This document shows, piece after piece, positions 32,055 to 42,097 of a stretch of 64,000 nucleotides of DNA (position 1 is its first letter; each line of letters opens with the position of its first letter). The DNA comes from a virus (lineage: Duplodnaviria > Caudoviricetes), in the IMG/VR virus record IMGVR_UViG_3300036985_005960, positions 1,765 to 65,764 of that record, one strand, 5' to 3'. A model generated the notes under the pieces. The model did not search any database. It worked only from the letters and a program-made list of their open reading frames with translations, and was not told the DNA's origin. The position numbers and the translations under genes are program-made.

Positions 32055-32441
32055 TTATTTTTTAAGTTCTCCCATGACACCACGGGCAATTCTGTCATTC
32101 ACTCTTTTTTCACAAGCTACAATAAACATTCGAAGACCTTCTATCATTGCTTCATTTTCAGGCGAAGGAAACCTATCATTTAACTTCATATGTCTATCAA
32201 GCAACATCAAAACTAATTGTTCTGATTGTAATCCCGGTGTCATTGTACCATCATCAGCTTTATGAATAAACTCAATGGATTGAAATGACTCATCATAATC
32301 TGTTTTACCATTATTAAAACCTTTACAGTTTTGTATTTGATAGTAATGACTACCCCCGTAGATTGGGTCGTCAGCAACCATAATAGTTTCTTCAGTTGAA
32401 GGAAATACTATAGCATCTAAAGTTTTCATTTTTATATTCAT
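32055..32441 (-). CDS. Tad1/Acb2-fold anti-defence sponge protein (Tad1-like)
   Basis: GGSHYY, IEF, GLQSEQLV..LLDR, FPSPEN and RVNDRIARGVMG follow the Tad1 motif order (GGAYHEY...DR...RENA...RVEDRIERNVLG). Confidence 0.7.
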   Translation of the reverse strand: MNIKMKTLDAIVFPSTEETIMVADDPIYGGSHYYQIQNCKGFNNGKTDYDESFQSIEFIHKADDGTMTPGLQSEQLVLMLLDRHMKLNDRFPSPENEAMIEGLRMFIVACEKRVNDRIARGVMGELKK

Positions 32442-32451
32442 ATTTTATGTA

Positions 32452-33144
32452 TTACCATTTAAAACACTCACTTGCACCATTGCCAATGAGTTCAACAGGT
32501 CGATAATTTATACCTATTTCTTTAAAGAAATCTTTAAATTCTTGTTCTAATTTATATAATTCTTTTATAGTACCATGTTTAACTTCTAAAATCTTTTTAG
32601 ATTTTAAATTATTAAAATTTTTTAATCGATACGTTGGATTTCGTTTAGTGAGACCTATTTTATAAAAGATGCCATCATTATTTTCTAGTTCTAAATAATA
32701 AAGATACATTTTAAAATCAGGTTGATGTTTAACTAAAGAAGATAATTTACCTGATTTAGCATTATCACCACATTTTTTACATCCTAATCCATTTAAATGA
32801 TGATCAATACTTTGATTAAAATCACCATGAATAGGACAAATTATATTAATTTTTTGTTTTCTATGGATATATTTGAACTCAATATATTGATATTTGTTAT
32901 TCTGTATTTTATTAAATTTATAGATAGTTAGTCTTTCTGGTTCTATACAAGATTTAATAGTTACATAATTTCCAAATAATAAAGACATAGGTTTACAAGA
33001 ATATTTAAAACCATCTTTATCAATTAGAGTAATATAATTCTGAACTTTTTCAAATTCATCTATATTCACAATGAAATTTTCTATAATTTTAGGATTTCTA
33101 ATACATAAAGTTTTATAAAAAGATTCAGAATTATACTGTTTCAT
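32452..33144 (-). CDS. Free-standing homing endonuclease (Zn-finger repeat plus GIY-YIG-like C-terminal domain)
   Basis: IICPIHGDF...HL...GCKKC; YLYYL...YKIGLTK...R...LEQ...GASECF. Immediately downstream of nrdA. Confidence 0.75.
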   Translation of the reverse strand: MKQYNSESFYKTLCIRNPKIIENFIVNIDEFEKVQNYITLIDKDGFKYSCKPMSLLFGNYVTIKSCIEPERLTIYKFNKIQNNKYQYIEFKYIHRKQKINIICPIHGDFNQSIDHHLNGLGCKKCGDNAKSGKLSSLVKHQPDFKMYLYYLELENNDGIFYKIGLTKRNPTYRLKNFNNLKSKKILEVKHGTIKELYKLEQEFKDFFKEIGINYRPVELIGNGASECFKW

Positions 33145-33155
33145 ATTTTGTTAGT

Positions 33156-34877
33156 TTATCCTTCACACATTGAACAACTTTCAGCTTCCATAGTAGCCAA
33201 ACCACTTCTTGTTAATGATTCTGATCTTTGGTAATAAAGAGTTTTTACACCCTGTTCATAAGCAAATAAGTGTAATTTACTTACAATCTTTGGAGATGTA
33301 TCCGGTGGTATACTTAAGTTTAAAGATTGACTTTGATCAATATAATTTTGTCTTAGTCCAGCTTGTTCGATGATACCAAACTGATTTATTTCTTTAAAAA
33401 TTAAAAAGACTTCTTTTTCTTCGTCAGTCAAGAAATCTAAATGTTGACAAGAACCACCTTTCTCAGATATAGATTTCCATACAGCTTTTGTATTTTGACC
33501 TTTAGATTCAAGTAATCTTTCAAATGCTTTATTCTTAATTAAGAAGTTACCTTTAGCCCCTTTATAAGCATAAATTAAAGCAGTGAAAGGCTCTATTCCA
33601 GCTGATACATCTTGTATATCTCCGTTAGAAGTTGTGGGTGCAATAGCAAGAAGAGTAGAATGTCTTCTCAATATACTATTTCCAGTTCTTTTATTATAAG
33701 CATCAATAACAGGAGCACTACCAAATTCTTTTGCTAATTTAGCAGAAGCTAATTCAGATTGTTCTTTTATTTTATGCATTATATTTTTCGTCATAGAGTT
33801 AGCAAAGATACCAATAAAAGGTTGATTATTATCTTGCAAGTAACTATGCCATCCAAGAATACCTAATCCTAAAGCTCTATGATTTTCAGCAAATCTTACA
33901 GCACGTTCCATATGCTTTATATTACGAGCCTTATTAATGAACTCTGTCATAATAGCTTCTAACATTTCTATTGCTAATTCAACAACATTAGAATCTTTCC
34001 ATTCATCATATTTAGCAACATTTAATGATAACAAGCAACATACAAAACTTTCTAGTTCTGAAATAGGTAATATTACTTCAGTACATAAATTAGAATTACC
34101 CTTCAATAATCCTTTATACCATTCAGGAGTACTCTTATGATAATTAATATTATGTTTGAAAGAAATATAAGGTAAACCAGTTTTATTTCTACTAGACAAT
34201 ATATGAGACCATTTCTCTAAAGCCGCTTCATTACCATTATAAATATCATTAATATCATCTTGGTCAAGAATTACACCTGTAAATAAATTCTGAATCGGAT
34301 CACCCGGAGTTTTTATATTGAGATGTTCTTTTAAATCAGGATGTTTAAAGTCCATATAAGAAGCATGTGCACCTCTTCTTGCAGTTCCTTGAGTTATCTT
34401 ACTGATAGTTTTATCAACAATCTCTAAGAAAGATTTAGGACCATCAGATGTTCCTTGATTCTTACCTATCTTAGATCCTCTTGGTCTTAGATCACCTACA
34501 TAGCTAGAAGTACCTCCGCCAAGTTGAGACATAATCGCAACTTCAGCAACGGTATCCATAATACCTGCAAGACTATCTGGCATGTAACTATTAAAGCATG
34601 CAATAGGTAATCCTCTTTCTGCACCAAAATTAACCCAAACAGGGGTGCTTGGACCAATCCAGCCTTTCCAAAGAGCTTCGAAATATTCAATCTCTCTTTC
34701 AGGTTTGTTTAATAATTTAGCAGCAGTCTGGGCTATTCTCGACATTGCATCTTTTGGTTTTTCGCCCGGTAGTAAGTATCCACTCGCTAGTGTTACTTTA
34801 CCGGAATGCCCCATCCAAGACGGATTATCAACTCCATCTATCCAAGTTTTTATGTATTTTTCGGCTCCTTTACTCAT
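33156..34877 (-). CDS. nrdA: Class I ribonucleotide reductase alpha subunit
   Basis: PSTPV, IACF, GGGT, NLCTE, RALGLG, AIAPTTS, KTLYY and C-terminal CSMCEG. Confidence 0.95.
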   Translation of the reverse strand: MSKGAEKYIKTWIDGVDNPSWMGHSGKVTLASGYLLPGEKPKDAMSRIAQTAAKLLNKPEREIEYFEALWKGWIGPSTPVWVNFGAERGLPIACFNSYMPDSLAGIMDTVAEVAIMSQLGGGTSSYVGDLRPRGSKIGKNQGTSDGPKSFLEIVDKTISKITQGTARRGAHASYMDFKHPDLKEHLNIKTPGDPIQNLFTGVILDQDDINDIYNGNEAALEKWSHILSSRNKTGLPYISFKHNINYHKSTPEWYKGLLKGNSNLCTEVILPISELESFVCCLLSLNVAKYDEWKDSNVVELAIEMLEAIMTEFINKARNIKHMERAVRFAENHRALGLGILGWHSYLQDNNQPFIGIFANSMTKNIMHKIKEQSELASAKLAKEFGSAPVIDAYNKRTGNSILRRHSTLLAIAPTTSNGDIQDVSAGIEPFTALIYAYKGAKGNFLIKNKAFERLLESKGQNTKAVWKSISEKGGSCQHLDFLTDEEKEVFLIFKEINQFGIIEQAGLRQNYIDQSQSLNLSIPPDTSPKIVSKLHLFAYEQGVKTLYYQRSESLTRSGLATMEAESCSMCEG

Positions 34878-35913
34878 GTTTATTATATTTAATTACTTCA
34901 TCTCTTGATATAGCTACAGTGTCTTTTGAAAATACTACAAGCTGTTTTTGGTATTCTGTTGGTCTTTTTGCAAAGAAATCAACTTTAGAAATTAGATTTA
35001 AGTTTTCATAAAACCATTCTGTTGCTTCTAAAGCATCTTCGTCAATATTAAATATTGGTTTTAAACCTATATTTTTTAAAGAACGATTTAATCTATCTCT
35101 TAGGAAATTCTTAGTTTCAATGATCGTAAGATTAGGTAATTCTCCTTTAATAAAGATCTGATCAATTAAACTACATTCAATGTCAAAAGTAATTTGAGCA
35201 GCGGTATAAATTGTAGATTTAAATTCATCATCCCATATTTCAGGGTTTTCTTCAATTAGAAAATTAAATAACTTTTGACTTGCAATTGAATGTATTTGTT
35301 CATCAATAGCAGACCAGTCAATAATGTTAGCAATGTTCTTCATCAAATTTCTACCATTACAAGAAAATGATTTCAATATTAAGAATTGAGAAAACAAAGA
35401 AACATACTCTGTAAAACAAGAAAATATAGCAATACTCTTTGCTAATTTTCGAGCATCAATGAATTTATCTTTTTGAAGTAAATCGCTAAATTTACTCAAG
35501 TTATTTAGTCTTTCTGATGCAATAGGATCCGCAAGCAATTGAACTTCAAGATGATCTAATTTTAACTCATTCACAATTTTGTGATAAGCATGCAAATGTC
35601 TTCTTTCGTTTTCGCAGAAAGTAATAGCCATACTTTGTATTTCTGGCTTCTCAAAATATTTCATCACAATATTTAACCAATACTCTGTACCAACAGCAAT
35701 TTCAGATTGACTAAAATTGGTTAATACCTGTTCGATAATATATTTTTCAGTTTCATTCAGATTAACAAGATAGTCTTGAACATCCGAACTGAAATCTATC
35801 TCATCATGAACCCAATATGTTTGTTGTATTTTCAATTTGAACTCTTCAAACTCTGGGTACTCTACTGGTGATATTGTGAATTTAGGCTCTAGTAATCTTC
35901 TTTTTGTATTCAT
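34870..35913 (-). CDS. nrdB: Class I ribonucleotide reductase beta subunit
   Basis: YWVHDEIDFSSD, ENERRHLHAY, EYVSLFSQF, DEQIH, DFFAKRPTEY. Confidence 0.93.
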   Translation of the reverse strand: MNTKRRLLEPKFTISPVEYPEFEEFKLKIQQTYWVHDEIDFSSDVQDYLVNLNETEKYIIEQVLTNFSQSEIAVGTEYWLNIVMKYFEKPEIQSMAITFCENERRHLHAYHKIVNELKLDHLEVQLLADPIASERLNNLSKFSDLLQKDKFIDARKLAKSIAIFSCFTEYVSLFSQFLILKSFSCNGRNLMKNIANIIDWSAIDEQIHSIASQKLFNFLIEENPEIWDDEFKSTIYTAAQITFDIECSLIDQIFIKGELPNLTIIETKNFLRDRLNRSLKNIGLKPIFNIDEDALEATEWFYENLNLISKVDFFAKRPTEYQKQLVVFSKDTVAISRDEVIKYNKHE

Positions 35914-36805
35914 TTATATAATCTAATAGTTCGGTTAAAATTGTCATTTCAGGTGTAAAAAATGTTTGTTGATGTCCTTGTATAAGAACTTTTCCACTCT
36001 TTCTTAGTGATATAGAGGATACTAAATTTTCTCCTATAATAAATCCACTAATAACTTTATTTTGTGACTTTAGAAATTCTCTAATCTTTGGTCCAAAATT
36101 TAAGATATACCCGGTGCCGGCGTATTTATTTGCAATAAAAGTAGAGGCATCAAAGAAATCTACAATGATATCATTTACAAAGAAGGAATTTTTTTCTCCT
36201 TTATATTTTAAACTAATACCGTCATAAACAGAATTCTTAGTTTTCATTTCAACGGTAAGCTCATTTTTACCAACCTCTTTAATCATTTTCTTTACTGCAT
36301 TGTATTCAATCGAAGGTTGTCTTTTACCTGTTTGCTTTCTTAAATTTAATTTGAGTAAAGAAGCTTGTATACATTCTTGTGTATTCAAACCATGAAAATC
36401 TGCATAATCAATTAATCCAGCAGAGAGATCATTAAGCTCGAATTGCAATTGTTGTAAATCTCCAGAGTGCATACATAATATAACATTGCCTGTAGTTTTA
36501 AATAAATCTGAATTTAATTCAGCCTTATCTAAACCAGGAGTATTCATTTTCACATCGATCATACTAGAATATAGGTTATCAGGAAGGCCATACGATACTT
36601 CTATAGCTGCTAAATACCATAGCATATTACCAAATTCTATTTTTCTATTCGTATTATCATTTGTACCTTTCTTACAATCTTCAAAATCGCATTTAATTAA
36701 TTCTCCAAGTTTAGCACCTAATCCAGTAGACAATACATAGAACTGTAAGTCACCATGATTTTCTATTGTTGGAGTAATTAACTTTTTATATTCTTTCCAT
36801 TTCAT
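35882..36805 (-). CDS. Protein with degenerate MazG-like N-terminal domain(s)
   Basis: GLGAKLGEL...KIEFGNMLWYLA, plus a second FELNDL helix, resembling MazG GLxxExGE...ELGDVLWY. Confidence 0.5.
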   Translation of the reverse strand: MKWKEYKKLITPTIENHGDLQFYVLSTGLGAKLGELIKCDFEDCKKGTNDNTNRKIEFGNMLWYLAAIEVSYGLPDNLYSSMIDVKMNTPGLDKAELNSDLFKTTGNVILCMHSGDLQQLQFELNDLSAGLIDYADFHGLNTQECIQASLLKLNLRKQTGKRQPSIEYNAVKKMIKEVGKNELTVEMKTKNSVYDGISLKYKGEKNSFFVNDIIVDFFDASTFIANKYAGTGYILNFGPKIREFLKSQNKVISGFIIGENLVSSISLRKSGKVLIQGHQQTFFTPEMTILTELLDYINEYKKKITRA

Positions 36806-37284
36806 ATTTTTAAAAATTTACTTTTTTCAAAATTAAATTCCGCACCAATAAAAGTCAACATCTTATCAAATTCTATATCAGAATTTATTAGAAGTATAAC
36901 AGAATCATCAGTTTTACTAAGAGTGTATTGACATAATTTAAATCGTACTCTATCTGCAGGACGAAAGAATCCTTTGCACTCGATATAAACTTTACCAAAG
37001 TTAGTGTTTATAACAAAATCTGGAGTATAAACTGCATCTTGTACTTTAATAGTACAAACTTTAGTCTTAGCAAAACCAACAGTTTTAAATGCTGGTATCA
37101 TTTCAATAGATTTCGGTTTTAATTCAAAATCATATTTAAGTTTTTTAAGTTTCAACCAACATCTCCACTCAAAGGGACTATCAAAATAGATCTTACCTGG
37201 ATTCTTTGTCTTCCAAACTTTTAATGGGCCTGTATAGAGACCATTTTCATCGACTTCATTTACTGATTTTTTAGTCTTCGTCAT
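36802..37284 (-). CDS. PD-(D/E)XK endonuclease (T7 endonuclease I/DUF1064-like resolvase)
   Basis: FDSPFE, YTPDF, YIECKGFF. Confidence 0.75.
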   Translation of the reverse strand: MTKTKKSVNEVDENGLYTGPLKVWKTKNPGKIYFDSPFEWRCWLKLKKLKYDFELKPKSIEMIPAFKTVGFAKTKVCTIKVQDAVYTPDFVINTNFGKVYIECKGFFRPADRVRFKLCQYTLSKTDDSVILLINSDIEFDKMLTFIGAEFNFEKSKFLKI

Positions 37285-37630
37285 ATCCTTCTTGTAAACG
37301 TTTTTTACTTTCTCTCATTTTATTTAAATTATTAGTATGTACTTTTTCTAATTCATATTTGTAATTTAAAATCTCATCTTCTTGTATCAATACAGTAACA
37401 ATCTCCCAATCTTCTAAAAAAATAAGTCTCTTAGTTAGATTCTCATCATAAAAATGTGAATACTTTCCTTCTCTTAAATCAAGAGGTATGCTAGGATATA
37501 GCTTACCAAATTTACTTAGATTGGTGTATGTTCTAAAAGAACTTGGTACATAAAACAGCCCAGACGGAATATGTCTGAGCTTGTAATATGTTCCAAATTT
37601 TTGTATATTGTTGTTGTTAGCAACAGACAT
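37271..37630 (-). CDS. Hypothetical protein
   Basis: 119-aa ORF; YKLRHIPSGLFY motif. Confidence 0.5.
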   Translation of the reverse strand: MSVANNNNIQKFGTYYKLRHIPSGLFYVPSSFRTYTNLSKFGKLYPSIPLDLREGKYSHFYDENLTKRLIFLEDWEIVTVLIQEDEILNYKYELEKVHTNNLNKMRESKKRLQEGYDED

Positions 37631-38721
37631 TAGAATATCTGTTTAATACTACTTGATGGTAAGTCAAAATTAGCGAAGATTAATCCACCTCCAATAATTT
37701 GTAAAGTAGCGTTTACATTAGGTTTTACTAACAAACGTTTCTGCTCAATAAAAGATGAGATAGCAGTAACTTGATTAGTTAAATCCCACATAGTAAGATT
37801 AGTACGTAAATATTTATGTATTTCTGGCTGCATCATATAATCCGGACCAAATGCATGTTTCAAATTCTTAGCATGAAACATACCCATTAAAAGATCGTGT
37901 GCTGCTTCTTTATGAAATAAACCTGCTAATCTAGTTTCAACACTTAATACTTCTTTCAAAGAAGCAGTAGTATTATAAACTCTATCTACACGATTTTTAA
38001 ATTCTTGTATTGATTTAATTTGAAATTCAGAAGTACATAATGCATCGATAAATTCAGGTACATCTTTGTTAACTTTTACAGTACGTGTACATAATTTATC
38101 TTTGATAGTATTACCATTAGAACAAACCAATCTCTGACAAAAGAAACTAGAAGATAATTCATTGTTAATAAAATCAAGAGTCATACCAGCTGTAAAGGTT
38201 TCATCTGACATGTTACCAATATTAAATTCGATTTTAGGATTTAATAATGTAGTTGTAATATCACTGTTCGGTAATAGTACCATATTTCGTATATAAGAAC
38301 CAGGGTTATTTTTTAACACCTGTTCTAATGTATCAAAATATTGTTGATCTGAAATTAATTTTGCTCCGGTAGCATAAATCTTAACAATACTATTAGTTTT
38401 TAAATTGAATACAAAAGTTAAATTTGTAGTTTTTCTTCCTTTGATAGCAGAAAGTAATAAATTTAAAAGTTCGCTATCTTCTCCAAATGACTTATTTAAG
38501 GTATTATAAAATGTTGAAGAGATACCAAATAATTGTGTTAACTCCTGAAGAGCACGTCTCTCAAGAGAAACTTCGCGACCTTCAATAACAGCAACTTTTG
38601 CTGATTTTAATTTTAGATCTTTACTATTTAAATTTACTCGGTAAAATAAATTGTTACTTAAAATTGTTTCTTTCAAATTTAAGTAGGTAGAGTCTGTGAT
38701 CTCTATTTTGTTTGATTCCAT
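37630..38721 (-). CDS. DUF932-like protein
   Basis: RLVCSNG motif and LTMWDLTNQVT. Confidence 0.55.
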   Translation of the reverse strand: MESNKIEITDSTYLNLKETILSNNLFYRVNLNSKDLKLKSAKVAVIEGREVSLERRALQELTQLFGISSTFYNTLNKSFGEDSELLNLLLSAIKGRKTTNLTFVFNLKTNSIVKIYATGAKLISDQQYFDTLEQVLKNNPGSYIRNMVLLPNSDITTTLLNPKIEFNIGNMSDETFTAGMTLDFINNELSSSFFCQRLVCSNGNTIKDKLCTRTVKVNKDVPEFIDALCTSEFQIKSIQEFKNRVDRVYNTTASLKEVLSVETRLAGLFHKEAAHDLLMGMFHAKNLKHAFGPDYMMQPEIHKYLRTNLTMWDLTNQVTAISSFIEQKRLLVKPNVNATLQIIGGGLIFANFDLPSSSIKQIF

Positions 38722-38783
38722 ATTGATTTTTGGGATTTGTTTTAGATTAAAAATTTAATAAAAAATTGTGAATTTTAGTAGTA

Positions 38784-39920
38784 CTAATCTCCTAAAATTA
38801 TAACTTCTGCAGCTTCAGAAGAAACTTCTTCTATGCTATCTTCTAGATCAACTTGATTTTCGTTAGCATATAATTCAGGGTTATTTAAGCGTTTTAGCGT
38901 TTCTTCTTTTTCAGCACCAGCTTTTTGTAATTGAGCAATGAAATCTTTCATAGTAGTCTTAGAATCTTCTGTAGCTTCATAAGAAGCTTTATAGGATTCC
39001 TCATCAAATAAGATACCGCCAGTTTCTTTGTCTTTCGAAAAGAAGACTTCTCTATTAACACTCATACCATTATTTCTGTTTTTTTCAAACATAATAAATC
39101 TCTTCTGTCCATATACATGAACATAGCTAAGAGATGAAATAGCATGGACAAGAGCACTAGCACCTAAATAGGTTCCATCTCTTTTACATTGTAAAATTAA
39201 TTGTAAATTACAATTATATTTTTCTGTCCATTTAGTAAGCTTATCAATAAGCATAAATAGTAATTTTTTTGCTTTGATCTTACCTTCGTATAATTCAAAA
39301 AGTTGTTCAAAAATTACAGAAAATGAATCTGCAATTAATAAGTCATAATTTTTGAAACATTGTTCCATAAGATCCCAATATTGATTAGCAGTAACACCTT
39401 GTCTGAAATAATTAACAAGGTAAACAAAATCAACATTTTCTATACAACGAGAGTTCCTTACTTCTTTAGCAATTTCATGTTCTACCATTTCGGCACTAAG
39501 CATAGCTGCTTTAATAGATGGATTCAGCTCTACTGCTTTAGAGAATAGTAGTAACCTGCTAACAGTTTTACCACTACCAGCTTTAGCAGCAACTGCATCA
39601 ACTGATTTTCTCACAAAACCATTATCAGATACAATCCTATCAAATAAAGTACCTGTAGGTATAGTTTCTGAAATTAATTCAGATAAATCTACATTTTTAT
39701 AGTTATTTACTTTTAATTCTATCTTATGATTATTAGTATGAGAATTATCTTTTATCTCTGTATCAGAAGCAGTATAATTTTCTTTTTTATAATTATTATA
39801 TTTAGTTCGAAAGTATTCAAATTTACAAAGACCTGGGTAGAGAGCTTCGTACGTATCAAATGCTGATTTAGCATCAATACTTAAATCAGGTACTTTTTTT
39901 ATGTATTCTATTACATTCAT
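38784..39920 (-). CDS. RecA-superfamily ATPase (RadA/Sms-like)
   Basis: IPTGTLFD, Walker A AKAGSGKT, SAEM, Walker B LLIADS, KRDGTYLG, KNR. Confidence 0.7.
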   Translation of the reverse strand: MNVIEYIKKVPDLSIDAKSAFDTYEALYPGLCKFEYFRTKYNNYKKENYTASDTEIKDNSHTNNHKIELKVNNYKNVDLSELISETIPTGTLFDRIVSDNGFVRKSVDAVAAKAGSGKTVSRLLLFSKAVELNPSIKAAMLSAEMVEHEIAKEVRNSRCIENVDFVYLVNYFRQGVTANQYWDLMEQCFKNYDLLIADSFSVIFEQLFELYEGKIKAKKLLFMLIDKLTKWTEKYNCNLQLILQCKRDGTYLGASALVHAISSLSYVHVYGQKRFIMFEKNRNNGMSVNREVFFSKDKETGGILFDEESYKASYEATEDSKTTMKDFIAQLQKAGAEKEETLKRLNNPELYANENQVDLEDSIEEVSSEAAEVIILGD

Positions 39921-39921
39921 A

Positions 39922-40140
39922 TTATGTAGATTGTGTATATTGTATTTTTAAATTTAATTCTTCTATTTCTTCAGCCAGATCACTTTTTTCTGATTCTAAT
40001 CTCTTAACAGATTTTTCTGAAGCTTCTAATTGAGATTCTAACTCTTTAATTTCGTGCTGTAATTCTGATATAACATTATTAACAGAATCAACAGCTTGAT
40101 CAATTTCTCTTTGTTTCATTATAAGTCTAATTGTTGACAA
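39922..40140 (-). CDS. Small coiled-coil protein
   Basis: Heptad-like E/K/L-rich 72 aa. Confidence 0.5.
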   Translation of the reverse strand: MSTIRLIMKQREIDQAVDSVNNVISELQHEIKELESQLEASEKSVKRLESEKSDLAEEIEELNLKIQYTQST

Positions 40141-40553
40141 GATATACCAAGAGATTTTAAAAATTCCAGTGGCTTAATATCTTTGTATTGTTTTATATAA
40201 TATATTTCATGTATGCTATTTAAATAAATAACTTTAGCACATTCCATACACGGAGATATTGTACTAAACATCCTGTAAGTATTACCTTTTTTATTTATCC
40301 ATCTAGTTTTGATAAACTGCCTTATAGCTTCACACTCCGCATGTATAACTTCCGGTCTGGTTCTATCATTTTCATCTTTATAACCAAGATATTCAAATAC
40401 TGATGGTAGACAATTATGCCCCATTCCGATTGATCTGTCTATTTCCCCTTCAGAACATACTATAACAGCACCGACTTTTAAGTGAGGATCACCAGATTTA
40501 GTAGATTGAGCAACAGCCTGAGCCATCCACTTCTTTTTATCTATTTCTTCCAT
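40119..40553 (-). CDS. dCMP deaminase
   Basis: KVGAVIV, GHN, HAE, SPCMEC. Confidence 0.88.
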   Translation of the reverse strand: MEEIDKKKWMAQAVAQSTKSGDPHLKVGAVIVCSEGEIDRSIGMGHNCLPSVFEYLGYKDENDRTRPEVIHAECEAIRQFIKTRWINKKGNTYRMFSTISPCMECAKVIYLNSIHEIYYIKQYKDIKPLEFLKSLGISCQQLDL

Positions 40554-40852
40554 TTTAATATTTTAAATTTTTGATCTGTATTATTTATATCAATAAGTAT
40601 CATACCATCTCCGGTATTATATCTTAAAGGTATATTTAATTCTTTTATTTGATTGATATCGAAGTATTCCATTAAATCATTAAATTTAATTTCATCTTTA
40701 GTAGTATCTATTGATTTATAATGAGTATCAAAAATATCAGAATCTTCTTCAAAATTAGTATCATAAATTAATCCCTTATCATCATTTAAGCAAATGTCAA
40801 TAGAAGTAATAATATCATATTGTAGATTTTCTTTTTTATTTTCTTGCATCAT
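40541..40852 (-). CDS. Hypothetical protein
   Basis: 103-aa acidic ORF. Confidence 0.5.
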   Translation of the reverse strand: MMQENKKENLQYDIITSIDICLNDDKGLIYDTNFEEDSDIFDTHYKSIDTTKDEIKFNDLMEYFDINQIKELNIPLRYNTGDGMILIDINNTDQKFKILKWKK

Positions 40853-41214
40853 TTAATTGGTATTGGTTCTTTGGTATTTTTGTATTTAGAGGTAACTAAA
40901 CCGAACATTTTATTATAGATAAATTGTATATTTTCAAAATGAGTAACCCATCTTAAATTACAAGATCTATTATCATCACGTTTGCCATTTATGTGGTGTA
41001 CCTCATTATACATAAATGGGTTGTCAACAAATACACTAGCTACAATACGATGAACATAAAATGCTCTTCTACAACCTGGTCTAGATAATGTAACGCGGCG
41101 ATAACCTTCTTCGTTTAAACTACCTTTGACAATTTTGTTTCTTTTAACATTTTTCAATTTACCGTTATGATTAATCATATAATTATCATAGCCAGGTATT
41201 GTTTTCCAACTCAT
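40849..41214 (-). CDS. NUMOD4-HNH homing endonuclease
   Basis: WKTIPGYDNY, VHRIVA, VHHING..DDN...NL.WVT..EN. Confidence 0.88.
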   Translation of the reverse strand: MSWKTIPGYDNYMINHNGKLKNVKRNKIVKGSLNEEGYRRVTLSRPGCRRAFYVHRIVASVFVDNPFMYNEVHHINGKRDDNRSCNLRWVTHFENIQFIYNKMFGLVTSKYKNTKEPIPIK

Positions 41215-41225
41215 TTCTATATTAT

Positions 41226-41549
41226 TTATACAGGCGTTTCTTCTGTAGGTTTTTTAAGATAGACTTTTTTGAGTAAGCCTTTAACTTCTTCTAATTTTTT
41301 AAATTTTTCTTCAATTTCACCTTCCAATTTTAATATCGTTACAGCAAATTCTACAACACCAAGAGATAGTGACTGAACAAATTTAAATTCATCCTCATTT
41401 TTAAATTTACCTCCTGTTGCAGCACACATTAAGTAGTGAGCAATAGCTTCCGAATCGAAATCTTTAATATGATGTTTTTGGGGGATGATCTCTTCTTTAT
41501 TTTCCATATTTTTACAGATTAGCTTTTTTAATAAAGTAATTATACACAT
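41226..41549 (-). CDS. Hypothetical protein
   Basis: ORF; the start is probably the internal MENKEE. Confidence 0.45.
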   Translation of the reverse strand: MCIITLLKKLICKNMENKEEIIPQKHHIKDFDSEAIAHYLMCAATGGKFKNEDEFKFVQSLSLGVVEFAVTILKLEGEIEEKFKKLEEVKGLLKKVYLKKPTEETPV

Positions 41550-41727
41550 CCGGTATGTGCTTCTTATAATAGGGTTGATTATCTTTGCACCAATCTTTTA
41601 TTTCTTCCTTTGTTTTAAAAGGTTTAATATGAGAGTAACTGCTTGTAATCATATTAAATATTGGCTCTAATTCATCAATGAAATCCTGGACTGTCCAGCC
41701 TTCCCATATGTGTTTTGTATTATCCAT
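41512..41727 (-). CDS. Small conserved phage protein
   Basis: IWEGWTVQDFI...WCKDNQPYYKK. Confidence 0.55.
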   Translation of the reverse strand: MDNTKHIWEGWTVQDFIDELEPIFNMITSSYSHIKPFKTKEEIKDWCKDNQPYYKKHIPDVYNYFIKKANL

Positions 41728-42097
41728 TTTTAAGTATTTTTATAAGTTTGTCTAAGCAAGCAGTTTCTGCTTCTTCATAATTTTTATAATCATTAGATTC
41801 CTCTACTAACTCATCATCCTTATAGATACTATAACAATAATTTACATTTATAGAAGAAAAAATCTCATGCTTATCCCTAAACCATCTGAAAGCTTGAGAG
41901 TAGGTTGGTGCTGAAGCAGCATTATCTAAATAATTCCACTTACCACTATGAAAATGTGATGTATTTAGTCTTACTTTTGGTTGTCTAGTATCATACCAAG
42001 CCATACAAGATTCATCAAAACCTATTTCTTTCATTAATAACGATTGTTCACAGGTTAAAAAATCTTTATTATTATTTATTTCTAGGAAATCCTTCAT
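41720..42097 (-). CDS. Conserved Bacteroidota-phage hypothetical protein
   Basis: KEIGFDE.C...APTYSQAFRWFR...YEEAE pattern. Confidence 0.55.
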   Translation of the reverse strand: MKDFLEINNNKDFLTCEQSLLMKEIGFDESCMAWYDTRQPKVRLNTSHFHSGKWNYLDNAASAPTYSQAFRWFRDKHEIFSSINVNYCYSIYKDDELVEESNDYKNYEEAETACLDKLIKILKNG

